From: Methanococcus maripaludis
GTDB taxonomy: Archaea > AGJL01 > Methanococci > Methanococcales > Methanococcaceae
Assembly: GCF_002945325.1 (NCBI RefSeq)
Contig: NZ_CP026606.1
Coordinates: forward strand, 30,001-62,000
Direction: 5' to 3'
Length of the DNA stretch: 32,000 bases
Shown here piece by piece: positions 19,881-29,452 of the stretch; within the stretch, counting starts at the first letter, position 1; each line of letters begins with the position of its first letter. Made by a program: the position numbers and the translations under genes. Under the pieces are notes generated by a model. The model was not told the DNA's origin. It searched no databases and saw nothing but the letters and a program-made list of their open reading frames with translations.

Positions 19881-21392
19881 TTGAAGACTATTTTAGGAAA
19901 AATTCATTTAAAATGGTGTAAAAACTGTAACCTTCCTGTGCTTGATACCAAATGTGCAATTTGTGATTCTGAAACAGTTGATGTTAAAGTAACGCCTCCT
20001 GGAGATGCAAGACCTGCATTTAAAGGTGATTTGGAGTTAATAAATAAAACAATAAATTTACAATTTGGAGTAGAAGAAAATTTGTTTAAAAATAAACTAG
20101 TTTTGGTAAACAAGGCTCCAGGAATTGAATATTTTCAAGAAATTATTGTTGATGGAATAATTTTTGGAATTTTAAATTTTAACGAGAAAAAACACGAATG
20201 GAAGATAATTCCAACAATAGAAGGGGCTAGAAGGCTTATCATCGCAGGTTGTAAGAAAAAATTACTTGTAGTAAAAGAAGATGTTCCAAAATTTATTTTA
20301 AATAAAGGAGCATCTGTTTTAAGGCCAGGTGTTGATTATGCATCCGAAGATATAACTAAAGATGACGATGTAATCATTTTAATTGAAAAAGCCGATTCAA
20401 GCACTGATTTTAATGAAATGGATGTTTTGGGTGTTGGTCGGGCCAGAATGGACTATGAAGAAATTGTAAATTCTGAAAAGGGAATGGTTGCAAAGGTAAG
20501 AAAGTCCGAACTTCCAAAAAATTCTGAAATTCTGCATGAAGTTGGCGAATTTGACGAAGCAATTGAAAAAATGATTTGCGCAAATAAAGACGCCATGCAG
20601 AAAGTTGAACGTAATTCTATCGGGTTTATGAGAAATACTGTTGTAAAAATTGGAAAGCCTGCTTCAGTTGCTTATTCTGGTGGAAAAGATAGCCTTGCAG
20701 TACTTCTTTTAGCACTTGAAGCGTTTAAAAATACGGATGAGCAGATTGAATTTGATGTATTATTCAATGATACAGGAATTGAATTTAACGAAACTTTAGA
20801 AAATATTGAAAAAATTGCAGATACATACAACCTTGAAATTTTAAAAACCAAATCTGGTGATTTCTGGGAAAAATTAGAAGAATATGGGCCCCCTGGGAGA
20901 GATAATCGATGGTGTAGTGAAGTATGTAAGGTATCTCCTCTTGGAAAGCTCATCGATGAAAAATACGAAAAAGGATGTTTATCATTCGTAGGCCTTAGAA
21001 AATATGAATCGATAAATCGTTCAAAAAAACCGAGAATATGGAATAGCCCAACAATTAAAAAACAGATGTTGTCAGCACCAATATTAAACTGGACTGCAAT
21101 GCATGTTTGGATTTATATTTTAAAACATAAAGCTCCTTACAATGTATTGTACGAGCAGTGTTTTGATAGGGTTGGATGTTTCATATGTCCTGCAATGGAA
21201 ATTGGAGAAATTGAGTTAGTAAAACTGAGTTATCCAAAACTCTGGGAGAAATGGGAAAGTTTCCTGAAAAGCCACGCCAAAATTCATGAAAAAAGTGAAG
21301 ATTGGGTAAAAGGCGGTTGGAGATGGACCAATAAAACAAGAGCAAACAACCAAAAACCCGACGAACCGATAAATGAAAACTGGCTTGGATAG
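19881..21392 (+). CDS. Zn-ribbon/PUA-like/PAPS-reductase (PP-loop) fusion protein
   Basis: N-terminal CKNC...CAIC, PUA-like region RRLIIAGCKKKLLVV...SVLRPGV, PP-loop SGGKDSL, cysteines WCSEVCK and GCFICPA. Confidence 0.85.
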   Translation: MKTILGKIHLKWCKNCNLPVLDTKCAICDSETVDVKVTPPGDARPAFKGDLELINKTINLQFGVEENLFKNKLVLVNKAPGIEYFQEIIVDGIIFGILNFNEKKHEWKIIPTIEGARRLIIAGCKKKLLVVKEDVPKFILNKGASVLRPGVDYASEDITKDDDVIILIEKADSSTDFNEMDVLGVGRARMDYEEIVNSEKGMVAKVRKSELPKNSEILHEVGEFDEAIEKMICANKDAMQKVERNSIGFMRNTVVKIGKPASVAYSGGKDSLAVLLLALEAFKNTDEQIEFDVLFNDTGIEFNETLENIEKIADTYNLEILKTKSGDFWEKLEEYGPPGRDNRWCSEVCKVSPLGKLIDEKYEKGCLSFVGLRKYESINRSKKPRIWNSPTIKKQMLSAPILNWTAMHVWIYILKHKAPYNVLYEQCFDRVGCFICPAMEIGEIELVKLSYPKLWEKWESFLKSHAKIHEKSEDWVKGGWRWTNKTRANNQKPDEPINENWLG

Positions 21393-21407
21393 ATTTTAAA
21401 CGTGTGC

Positions 21408-21495
21408 ATATATTAATGAGTTCTTATAATAATCTTATAAAACGAAAGGTGATATATTAATGAGTTCTTATAATAATCTTATAAAACGAAAGGTG
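21408..21495 (+). repeat. Perfect 44-bp tandem duplication (two full copies plus a 7-nt partial copy)
   Basis: Copies 21408-21451 and 21452-21495: atatattaatgagttcttataataatcttataaaacgaaaggtg. The start of a third copy (atatatt) lies at 21496-21502. Confidence 0.97.
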
Positions 21496-21500
21496 ATATA

Positions 21501-21788
21501 TTGCCAAAGATGTTACTGCTCCCAAAATTAACGATGTCTCTTGGAGGATACATAAGAGAATCCGTTGAAATTTATAATGAAGATGGTGTAAAAGAATTCC
21601 CGCACAGGAACGTTGTAGTTGGAAATCCTACAGCTGAGCCAATAAAAATAGATGTTCCGGCATATGATGAAGATTGGGTAAAAAGACACCAGGAACTTGG
21701 TTTAATTGTGGTTCCTGTTGAAATGGACCAGGATTTCGTTGGAATATTTAAAATGGTTGAAGAAAAGGTTAAAAAAGCAAATTTATAA
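21501..21788 (+). CDS. Uncharacterised 95-aa protein
   Basis: ORF MPKMLLLPKLTMSLGGYIRESVEIYNEDG... with TTG start directly after GGTGAT in the second repeat copy. Confidence 0.7.
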   Translation: MPKMLLLPKLTMSLGGYIRESVEIYNEDGVKEFPHRNVVVGNPTAEPIKIDVPAYDEDWVKRHQELGLIVVPVEMDQDFVGIFKMVEEKVKKANL

Positions 21789-21810
21789 GTTATATGTTAC
21801 TGGTGAAAAC

Positions 21811-22488
21811 ATGATTAAAGGAGTGCTTTTTGACCTTGACGATACGCTTTACAATTCTTCGAGTTTTGCAAGCCGTGCACGAAAAGAAGCTTTAAGGGCG
21901 ATGATTGATGCAGGTTTAAATTCTACGGAAGAAGATGCTTTAAAAATACTGAATAAGATTATCGAACAAAAGGGTTCAAACTACGGCGGGCACTTTAATG
22001 ACCTTGTAAAGGCAGTTAATGGAACATATGATCCAAAAATAATCACCATGGGAATTATTACTTATCACAACGTTAAATTTGCTTTACTTAGGCCTTATTC
22101 AGATACCATGAATACATTAATGGATTTGCGTAGCATTGGTTTAAGTTTGGGAATATTGACCGACGGAATTACCATAAAGCAGTGGGAAAAATTAATAAGG
22201 CTTGGCATTCACCCGTTTTTTGATGAAGTTATAACTTCCGAAGAATACGGGCTTGGAAAACCAAATATTGAATTTTTTAATTATGGACTCAAAAAAATTA
22301 ATTTAAAACCCGAAGAAGTAGTTTACGTTGGGGATAGGGCTGACAAGGATATGGTTCCTGCAAAAAACGTTGGAATGACCACAGTTAGAATATTACAGGG
22401 AAAATATTCGGAAATTCCGGATGACATAAGTGACTATTCTATAAAAAATATATCTGAACTTTCAAAAATAATTAAAACACTTATTTAA
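21811..22488 (+). CDS. HAD-superfamily hydrolase
   Basis: IKGVLFDLDDTLYNS, LSLGILTDG, GLGKPNIEFF, VVYVGDRADKDM. ATG at 21811 follows ggtga, so the 21706 start in the track is unlikely. Confidence 0.92.
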   Translation: MIKGVLFDLDDTLYNSSSFASRARKEALRAMIDAGLNSTEEDALKILNKIIEQKGSNYGGHFNDLVKAVNGTYDPKIITMGIITYHNVKFALLRPYSDTMNTLMDLRSIGLSLGILTDGITIKQWEKLIRLGIHPFFDEVITSEEYGLGKPNIEFFNYGLKKINLKPEEVVYVGDRADKDMVPAKNVGMTTVRILQGKYSEIPDDISDYSIKNISELSKIIKTLI

Positions 22489-22503
22489 TTTTTACGGGAT
22501 AAT

Positions 22504-23277
22504 ATGATAGATGAATTAAAAGGATTAGTACTTTTCATGACTCGAATTCCTGTTGGAAGATCAAAAAGCGACTTTGAAGGTATTGCAAAATATTTCATGT
22601 TCATGCCTCTTGTTGGAACGTTAATTTCACTTTTTGGAGTTTTTACTGCATATATATTGAATTATTTAGGATTTACCTCTGGAAACATAATCGGAACTGC
22701 TGTTTTGTTTACACTTTTATATATTCAGGGATTTCACCATCTTGACGGACTTGCAGATTACGGGGATTCCTGGATGGTAACTGGAAACGCTAGAAAAAAA
22801 TTAGAAGTTATGAAAGACGTTTACATGGGAATAGGCGGTTTTGTATTTGTATTTTTTGTTGAACTGCTTTCTTTATTTTCATTTGCATATCTTTTTGAAA
22901 CAAGCACTTTCACATTATTTTTAAAATATATTATAATAATTGAAACCTGTTCAAGACTCGGGCTTTTATCATGTGCATGCTGTGGAATTCCTGCAAATGA
23001 TGGAACGGGCAGATTTTTTGCAAAAAAATCAAACGAATACCACCTTTTAACGGGTTTGATATTTTCATTAGGTGTTTCAATACTGCTCCAAATACCAAAA
23101 ATTGGGGTACTATGCTCTATTTTAGCGGTATTTTTAGGAATGTTTATCGCATGGAAATGCAATAATAAATTGGGCTGTGTTACCGGAGATATTTTTGGAG
23201 CAACCGCTGAAATATCAAGAATGGTATTTTTGATTGTAATTATTGCATTTACCCCATATTTTTCACTTATTGGGTAA
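22504..23277 (+). CDS. cobS: Adenosylcobinamide-GDP ribazoletransferase (cobalamin synthase)
   Basis: FMTRIPVG, GFHHLDGLADYGDSWM, TGDIFGATAE. Confidence 0.95.
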   Translation: MIDELKGLVLFMTRIPVGRSKSDFEGIAKYFMFMPLVGTLISLFGVFTAYILNYLGFTSGNIIGTAVLFTLLYIQGFHHLDGLADYGDSWMVTGNARKKLEVMKDVYMGIGGFVFVFFVELLSLFSFAYLFETSTFTLFLKYIIIIETCSRLGLLSCACCGIPANDGTGRFFAKKSNEYHLLTGLIFSLGVSILLQIPKIGVLCSILAVFLGMFIAWKCNNKLGCVTGDIFGATAEISRMVFLIVIIAFTPYFSLIG

Positions 23278-23330
23278 TTAAATAAAAAATTAAAAAAGTA
23301 TGGATAAATAATTAAATTAAAAATATTCAG

Positions 23331-24056
23331 TTATCTGAATACATCTTCTTCTTTTTTTCTGATTAATTCTTTTCCAGTTCCATTCGTAAATGGAACAGGC
23401 GCATTTCTAATAATTACAAGGGGAATTCCCTCATTAGACTGCCCCATAACAGCAGAAGCAGTTGCTGCAAGTTCATCTGCAATTCCAACCTCTGTTGTTT
23501 TTAATTCCCTTCCAAATAAGTCTTTTTCCCCTTTTCTATCCCAAAGTCCGCAAACTCCACTAATTCCGATTGCAATACCGCATGAACCTTTTCTAAAAGG
23601 TCGGCCCATACTGTCGTTAATAATTACGCCAACTTTTTTTCCAGTAATTTTTTCAAGTCCCATTCTAATTTCTTCTGCGCTTTTATCTGGATTTTTAGGC
23701 AGTGGTTTTATTCCTTTTGATGTGTTGCTTTCATCAACTCCACTGTTTGCACAAACAAATCCGTGTTTAGTTTCAGTTATTATAAAATTAGGTCCTAATT
23801 TTACGATTTCGTTTGATTCGTCTAAAATTACCTGAACTACTTCTGGTTCTTTCCCAAGTTTTTTGGATAATTCCATAGCTTCATTGGATGGGGTTATTTC
23901 ATTTTTTAAAATCACATTCTTTTCAATTTTCGAAACAACAGTTTCTGCAATAACTATTACATCTTTATCTTCAAGAGGGTATGTGGAAATAAGCTCTGCT
24001 AACGTATAATCTTCATTTCCACTGATTAATGGAATTTCAAGGCCGATTACGTCCAT
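23331..24056 (-). CDS. cofE: Coenzyme F420:L-glutamate ligase
   Basis: GLEIPLISGNEDY, INDSMGRPFRKGSCGIAIGISG, ELAATASAVMGQSNEGIPLVIIR. Confidence 0.93.
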   Translation of the reverse strand: MDVIGLEIPLISGNEDYTLAELISTYPLEDKDVIVIAETVVSKIEKNVILKNEITPSNEAMELSKKLGKEPEVVQVILDESNEIVKLGPNFIITETKHGFVCANSGVDESNTSKGIKPLPKNPDKSAEEIRMGLEKITGKKVGVIINDSMGRPFRKGSCGIAIGISGVCGLWDRKGEKDLFGRELKTTEVGIADELAATASAVMGQSNEGIPLVIIRNAPVPFTNGTGKELIRKKEEDVFR

Positions 24057-24093
24057 TTTTACTCTTTCTTTTATCATTTTTTCCCACGATTTT

Positions 24094-24939
24094 TTAAATT
24101 TTTGAAATAATACTTTTCTTCATCACGAATATGTCTGGTTTTATTCCTGTCCATATCTCAAAGGAAACTGCACCCTGGTATACCAACATTCCAATGCCAT
24201 TAATGGTTTTTGCGCCATATTTTTTCGCTTCTTTTAAAAAAACAGGTTCAAGGGGGTTGTATATCAAGTCCATTACAACAGCATCTTTTTTAATGTTATG
24301 TAATGGAATAACTGGATCTACTTCAGTATTTGGATACATTCCAACAGGCGTTGTATTTATTATTATGTCAAAATTTTCAATGTTAATATCAAGGCCTCCG
24401 TAATTTAGGGGATTTTCCTTTTTCAATTTTTTAGAAATTTCTTTTGAAAGATTTTCTGCTTTTTCAATATTTCTATTTACGATTGTTAAATTATTATCCT
24501 TTGCAAGTTCGAAAGAAACAGCTCTTGAGGCACCTCCTGAGCCTATAATTAAAATGTTTTTATTGATTAAAATGCCAGTTTTTTCTTCAAGTGCTTTTTT
24601 TACACCAATTCCGTCAGTGTTATATCCTATTGCTTTTCCGTTTTCAATTTTTACAGTATTGACTGCCCCAATGACCTCTGCATCACAATCAATTTCATCA
24701 AGATATTTCATGATATTTACTTTATGGGGGATTGTAACGTTAAAACCCCTAAAATTAAGTGCTTTTGCACCTGTTACAACGTCTTTTAAATTTTTTTCTG
24801 AAACGTCAAATGCAAAGTACCTGTAATTTATTTTAAGGTCTTTTATTGCAGCGTTGTGCATTATTGGTGAAAATGAATGATCTATAGGATGTCCAATAAG
24901 TCCGACTAGTTTTGTTTTAGAGTCTATCAAGATTATCAC
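24094..24939 (-). CDS. aroE: Shikimate dehydrogenase
   Basis: LIGHPIDHSFSPIMHN, FRGFNVTIPHK, IGSGGASRA, NTTPVGMYP. Confidence 0.97.
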   Translation of the reverse strand: MIILIDSKTKLVGLIGHPIDHSFSPIMHNAAIKDLKINYRYFAFDVSEKNLKDVVTGAKALNFRGFNVTIPHKVNIMKYLDEIDCDAEVIGAVNTVKIENGKAIGYNTDGIGVKKALEEKTGILINKNILIIGSGGASRAVSFELAKDNNLTIVNRNIEKAENLSKEISKKLKKENPLNYGGLDINIENFDIIINTTPVGMYPNTEVDPVIPLHNIKKDAVVMDLIYNPLEPVFLKEAKKYGAKTINGIGMLVYQGAVSFEIWTGIKPDIFVMKKSIISKI

Positions 24940-25433
24940 TTTAAATTGTATTCTTTTTTTAAAATATCAATAAACGTATCATATGCTTTTTCTATTCCAT
25001 TTTCCTGTCTTTTTGTTATGTTCTGTCCTTTTAGTAGATCTCCATAAACATCTGACGAAAAAACATAATCACTGTAATCTGTTAGTATGCAAACTGCACC
25101 AAGTCCAATTCCTGCGGTACTCGAAATTGCAATATTACAATTTAATTTGTTTTTGAGTGCTTTTGCAACTAATTTAGCTACTAATATATCATTTTCCTGA
25201 TTATATGCTTTCGAATATTTAAAAACATAATCAGGCTCTGGTAGTTTAACCTCTAAAAGTGATTCGATTCCTTTTTTCGAGGGTAAAAACATTGAAGCCA
25301 TTACATATACATTCCCGTGAATCATATCATAATTTGAATCTTTTTCAAATTCTTTATATCCGCAGGCAATTTTGTGTATTTTAGTTCCAATTTTTCCGTG
25401 AGTAAAGCATTCTGCAGTAGCGACTGAAATCAT
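24936..25433 (-). CDS. UPF0254-family protein
   Basis: MISVATAECFTHGKIG(T)KIHK start typical of the methanogen UPF0254 family. 4-nt overlap with aroE. Confidence 0.75.
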   Translation of the reverse strand: MISVATAECFTHGKIGTKIHKIACGYKEFEKDSNYDMIHGNVYVMASMFLPSKKGIESLLEVKLPEPDYVFKYSKAYNQENDILVAKLVAKALKNKLNCNIAISSTAGIGLGAVCILTDYSDYVFSSDVYGDLLKGQNITKRQENGIEKAYDTFIDILKKEYNLK

Positions 25434-25515
25434 AATACTCCCATTATTTTTTATTGAGTGCTATTAAATTATTTAAAAAACTACTATAATAAGGTATTTC
25501 AAGCTAAATAGGAAC

Positions 25516-25537
25516 TGCTACTAACGTAAAAGTAGCA
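25516..25537. promoter_or_regulatory. Inverted repeat TGCTACT-(8 nt)-AGTAGCA in the cheF / UPF0254 divergent intergenic region
   Basis: Perfect 7-bp arms 25516-25522 and 25531-25537. Confidence 0.35.
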
Positions 25538-25708
25538 TAATTGTTTTAAGACTAAATATCAAACAAATATGGTTTATTTAATTTTTAAATTAAAATATAT
25601 AATTATAATATCAAGGCTAAACATTTTTAATCATAAATGGCAATATAATAATCTTGTTTGTACGAACTTGTGAATAATTTTAATTTTTAATTTACAAAAG
25701 GTGTTATT

Positions 25709-26755
25709 GTGGCCAAATCTAAAATTATAGCAACATTTAAGGGCAAAGGGGTAATTGTAACTCCTTATACGTTAAGAGATCCATTCACTAAATGGAAAAA
25801 CTTTCAAATGCAGCTTTATGAAGATTCTATAGAATTTATTTTTGAAAATAAGGTAATTGAGGCAAGTTTTGACCAAATAGATGATATGGGATTTGAACTT
25901 CCAAGAAAAGCTCTCGAAATTGCAAAAAACAACCTGGACGATATTTCAGTTTACGGCTCTTTTAAATTAAATCCTCCTGATGAAGATAAATTTAGTATAG
26001 GTTTTGCACCTGAAGCTTCCATTTATGGGGAAACTACGATAAATGCATTCTTAAAAAAATTATTCCAACAGTTATTGAATAAAAAAGAAATAAAACTACA
26101 GTATGCAAGAATTGTTGGCGGTTCTGTAGATATATCTTCAGAATGGGAAGATGGATGTTTGGTATTTGCTAAAAAACCCGTAAAAAAAGGAGTTTCTGTT
26201 ATCGAAGAAATGGTGCTCGCAGTTGCAGTAACTTCCGGAGATAAACCAAAAGTTTATGATTTATTTAATAATATTGAATCAGTTTCACTTGAAACTAAGA
26301 AAATTGACGAAGAAGATAAAGAAGTGCTTGAAATAAAGCAGTTGAGGGGCGGAGAAACAGTAAATTCATATATTCACATCCCTTCAACGAAACTGCTATA
26401 TGTTTTAAGGTACATTTCCAAATTAACAAAATATCACAACACCATTAAAAGTTTACTTCCAAAATCAGAAGATGATCTTGATTCTGAAATGGCTGTTGAG
26501 AGTTGGAGTGGAGATAAACTCAAAAACGAGGTTGAACAGTTAGCGCCAGAAGAACAGGAAATATTAACTGCGATATATACTGGAATCACGTCTCTTGAAC
26601 TTCCAGGTATGATGGGAATGGATATCGATGAAGTCGAAAAAGTTCTTGAAAAATTGATTGATCAAGGATTTTTGGATCTTGTTAGAATTAGGAAAGAAAC
26701 AGATTTAACCGAAAAAGGAAGAGCAGTTACAAACTTTATTATTACAAATTTCTAA
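25709..26755 (+). CDS. cheF: Archaeal chemotaxis/archaellum adaptor protein CheF (DUF439)
   Basis: Sequence character matches archaeal CheF (DUF439) and it is adjacent to cheY. GTG start preceded by ggtg. Confidence 0.8.
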   Translation: MAKSKIIATFKGKGVIVTPYTLRDPFTKWKNFQMQLYEDSIEFIFENKVIEASFDQIDDMGFELPRKALEIAKNNLDDISVYGSFKLNPPDEDKFSIGFAPEASIYGETTINAFLKKLFQQLLNKKEIKLQYARIVGGSVDISSEWEDGCLVFAKKPVKKGVSVIEEMVLAVAVTSGDKPKVYDLFNNIESVSLETKKIDEEDKEVLEIKQLRGGETVNSYIHIPSTKLLYVLRYISKLTKYHNTIKSLLPKSEDDLDSEMAVESWSGDKLKNEVEQLAPEEQEILTAIYTGITSLELPGMMGMDIDEVEKVLEKLIDQGFLDLVRIRKETDLTEKGRAVTNFIITNF

Positions 26756-26839
26756 GTTACAAGCTACCTACATAAAAAATACAAATAGTAGTATTCTAAA
26801 AATAACTTTAAACTTGTTTTTATTTATCGAGGTGTATTA

Positions 26840-27211
26840 ATGGCAAGTATTGTAAAAACAATGATTGTAGATGATTCTGCATTTATGAGGAACATTTTAA
26901 AGCGAATTTTATCAACAACAAATAAATACGTGGTAATTGGTGAAGCAGCTAATGGAGCAGAAGCAATTAAAATGGCTGAAGAGTTACAGCCTGATTTAAT
27001 CAGTATGGATATTGTAATGCCTGAAACTGATGGAATAACTGCTACAAAAGCAATAAAGGAAAAAACCCCTGAAATCAAGATAGTAATGTGTACATCCGTA
27101 GATCAAGAGCAAAAAATGATTGATGCTGTAAATGCAGGTGCAGATGGATATATTGTAAAACCATTTCAGGCACCAAAAATTTTAGAACAGTTTAACAAAT
27201 TGTTTCCTTAA
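26840..27211 (+). CDS. cheY: Chemotaxis response regulator CheY
   Basis: MIVDDSAFMRNIL, phosphoacceptor ISMDIVMPETDG, VMCTSVDQE, KPFQ. Confidence 0.95.
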   Translation: MASIVKTMIVDDSAFMRNILKRILSTTNKYVVIGEAANGAEAIKMAEELQPDLISMDIVMPETDGITATKAIKEKTPEIKIVMCTSVDQEQKMIDAVNAGADGYIVKPFQAPKILEQFNKLFP

Positions 27212-27226
27212 TCGAGAGGTTTTACC

Positions 27227-27916
27227 ATGAAGTTTTCCGAAAACGAATGGAAGAAACTTCTTGAGATTATTGTGGATGAAGAAGCAGGTGTGGAAACAAT
27301 GGTTGTTAAAAATAACTATGATTTGAAAGATGTAAAAGCTTTTGAAGATATAGGAAAAGCTGCCGCAGAAAAAGCTGCAAATTTTGTTCAGGAAATGAGT
27401 GGCGACTGTGTTGAAGTTAAAATTTTCAAAATAGAACTCAATTCCGCACAAGATTTGATGAATATGGTATCTAGCCCTGAAAATAGCGTTTTTACAAAAA
27501 TAGACTTTAACGGCGATATTGCAGGAACTGGAGTTTTAATCTTTTCGGAAGAATCCGCAAAAAGCATGGCTGATTCAATGCTTCTTGGAATGGGTATGGA
27601 GGGAGATTCTAATGAGACTTTTTGTGAAATGAGAGTTTCTGCAATAAACGAAACCTGTAATCTTTTAATTTCTGCGTTTGTTGATACAATTGCAAATTTC
27701 ATGAATACATCTCTTAACATGACACCCCCAGAATTTTCCACGGGGCAGTTGAGTAACTTAGTAGAATATGAATTAAAAAATCACGAAATAGGATCTAATG
27801 ATACGCTGTTTACATTTAATTCAGAGTTATTTTCTAAAGGAATAGGCTCAGGATTTAATGTATTTATTGTAATGGATCCAGAATCTACAGATAAATTATT
27901 TGAAAAATTAAATTAA
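27227..27916 (+). CDS. cheC: Chemotaxis protein CheC (paralog 1)
   Basis: CheC/CheX/FliY-type repeat halves, second-site NETCN (ExxN), and position right after cheY. Confidence 0.85.
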   Translation: MKFSENEWKKLLEIIVDEEAGVETMVVKNNYDLKDVKAFEDIGKAAAEKAANFVQEMSGDCVEVKIFKIELNSAQDLMNMVSSPENSVFTKIDFNGDIAGTGVLIFSEESAKSMADSMLLGMGMEGDSNETFCEMRVSAINETCNLLISAFVDTIANFMNTSLNMTPPEFSTGQLSNLVEYELKNHEIGSNDTLFTFNSELFSKGIGSGFNVFIVMDPESTDKLFEKLN

Positions 27917-27936
27917 AGGGCTTTCACGGTGTTACT

Positions 27937-28545
27937 TTGGGAGTAATCGAAACAATAAATAAATTGGTTGATATTGGAAAAGATGCGGCAGAAAACACTG
28001 CCAGTGCGTTTACAGGACTTACCTGTGAATCTACAGATATTCATTTTACAGGGCTTAGTTTTGTACCTGTTGAGTACATTCCAGAACAGTTCAGTGATGA
28101 AACATGCAAAGTTGTAAAAATAAACTTTGATGGCATTCTTTCTGGAACATCGGTTCTTATGATAAACGAAGAAGATTCTGTAAAGTTAGAAAAGCTTTTA
28201 TTACTCGATCTTGTATGGGATGGGCTCGTTAATAAAACAGAACTTCCTGATTACGAAGAAATTGAAGAATCTGTATTAAATGAGGTTGCAAACGTAGTTT
28301 TAGCTTCATTTTTAAATGTATTTGCAAACGCACTTGGTAGCGAAATAAATATAACAACTCCCGAATTTACAAAAGACAGTGGATTTAATATTGTTGAATC
28401 TTTAGTTTTGGAAATGGCAGATAAAGGAATTGATAATATGCTGGTTTTTGATAATAAAATAGATATTATTAGAAGATTCCCCATAAAAATTAATATTTTT
28501 ATAATGATAGACCCTGAAAAGCTTGAAAACCTCGATAAATTATAA
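27937..28545 (+). CDS. cheC: Chemotaxis protein CheC (paralog 2)
   Basis: Paralog of the preceding gene with second-site NEVAN (ExxN). The start codon is non-ATG or uncertain. Confidence 0.8.
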   Translation: MGVIETINKLVDIGKDAAENTASAFTGLTCESTDIHFTGLSFVPVEYIPEQFSDETCKVVKINFDGILSGTSVLMINEEDSVKLEKLLLLDLVWDGLVNKTELPDYEEIEESVLNEVANVVLASFLNVFANALGSEINITTPEFTKDSGFNIVESLVLEMADKGIDNMLVFDNKIDIIRRFPIKINIFIMIDPEKLENLDKL

Positions 28546-28615
28546 TTAATAAATTTTTTTAAGTTTTATTCTTACACGACTTTTTATTTTTTCAGATCTT
28601 ATGCTGGTGATTTTG

Positions 28616-29428
28616 ATGGATGATATGTATTTTAAAAGGATTAAACGTGATATTGGCACAAAATTAAAAATACAGGTGGACCAGTACAAGGATACTTACA
28701 TTTTAAGGCGTGTTTCAGTTAGAATGAGGCTTTGCAAATGTAAAGATTTTAAAGAATATTACGAATATCTAACAAAAAATCCTTCAGAATATGAAAAACT
28801 TGAAAATACGCTTACTGTAAATGTAACGGAATTTTGGAGAGACAGGACAGTTTATAATGAACTTAGAAACGTCTTTGAAAAGATGGTAACTGATAGAACC
28901 ATTAGAAGTATTCGAATCTGGAGTGCAGGCTGTTCTTCAGGGGAAGAACCGTATGGTTTAGCAGTTATGATAAAAGAATTAATGGAAAAACACAACCAAA
29001 AATTTTTAAGAGTAATGATTACTGCAACGGACCTTGACAAAGAGATATTAGAAAGGGCAAAAGAAGGAACCTACATTTCAAAACAATTTAAAAATATGGA
29101 TCAGGATGTTATCGATAAATATTTTGATAAATTAAATGATAAAGAGTACCAGATTAAAAAAGAAATAAAAAGAATGGTTCAGTTTAAAAAACACGATCTT
29201 ATTAAGGAAGGGCCCATGAAAGACATGAATATGGTTCTTTGTAGAAACGTTATAATCTATTTTGAAAAAGATATTCAGGAAAAATTATTTATGAAATTCC
29301 ACGAAGCTTTAAATGATGGTGGATATTTGGTTTTAGGAAAAACTGAAATGCTTCACGGGGATTCAAGAAATGCTTTTAAACCTTCAAACCACAGGGAAAG
29401 AATTTATCAAAAATTAAAAATAAATTAA
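28616..29428 (+). CDS. cheR: Chemotaxis protein methyltransferase CheR
   Basis: IWSAGCSSGEEPYGLAV, CRNVIIYFEKD, LGKTEML. RBS ggtgat at 28606-28611. Confidence 0.95.
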   Translation: MDDMYFKRIKRDIGTKLKIQVDQYKDTYILRRVSVRMRLCKCKDFKEYYEYLTKNPSEYEKLENTLTVNVTEFWRDRTVYNELRNVFEKMVTDRTIRSIRIWSAGCSSGEEPYGLAVMIKELMEKHNQKFLRVMITATDLDKEILERAKEGTYISKQFKNMDQDVIDKYFDKLNDKEYQIKKEIKRMVQFKKHDLIKEGPMKDMNMVLCRNVIIYFEKDIQEKLFMKFHEALNDGGYLVLGKTEMLHGDSRNAFKPSNHRERIYQKLKIN

Positions 29429-29452
29429 AAAATTACTTTTTTAAAAAAATAA

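Noticed and set aside
21706-21810. 35-residue N-terminal extension of the HAD hydrolase in the ORF track
   Set aside because: It overlaps the 95-aa gene. The ATG at 21811 has a good RBS and starts the conserved IKGVLFDLDDTLY motif.
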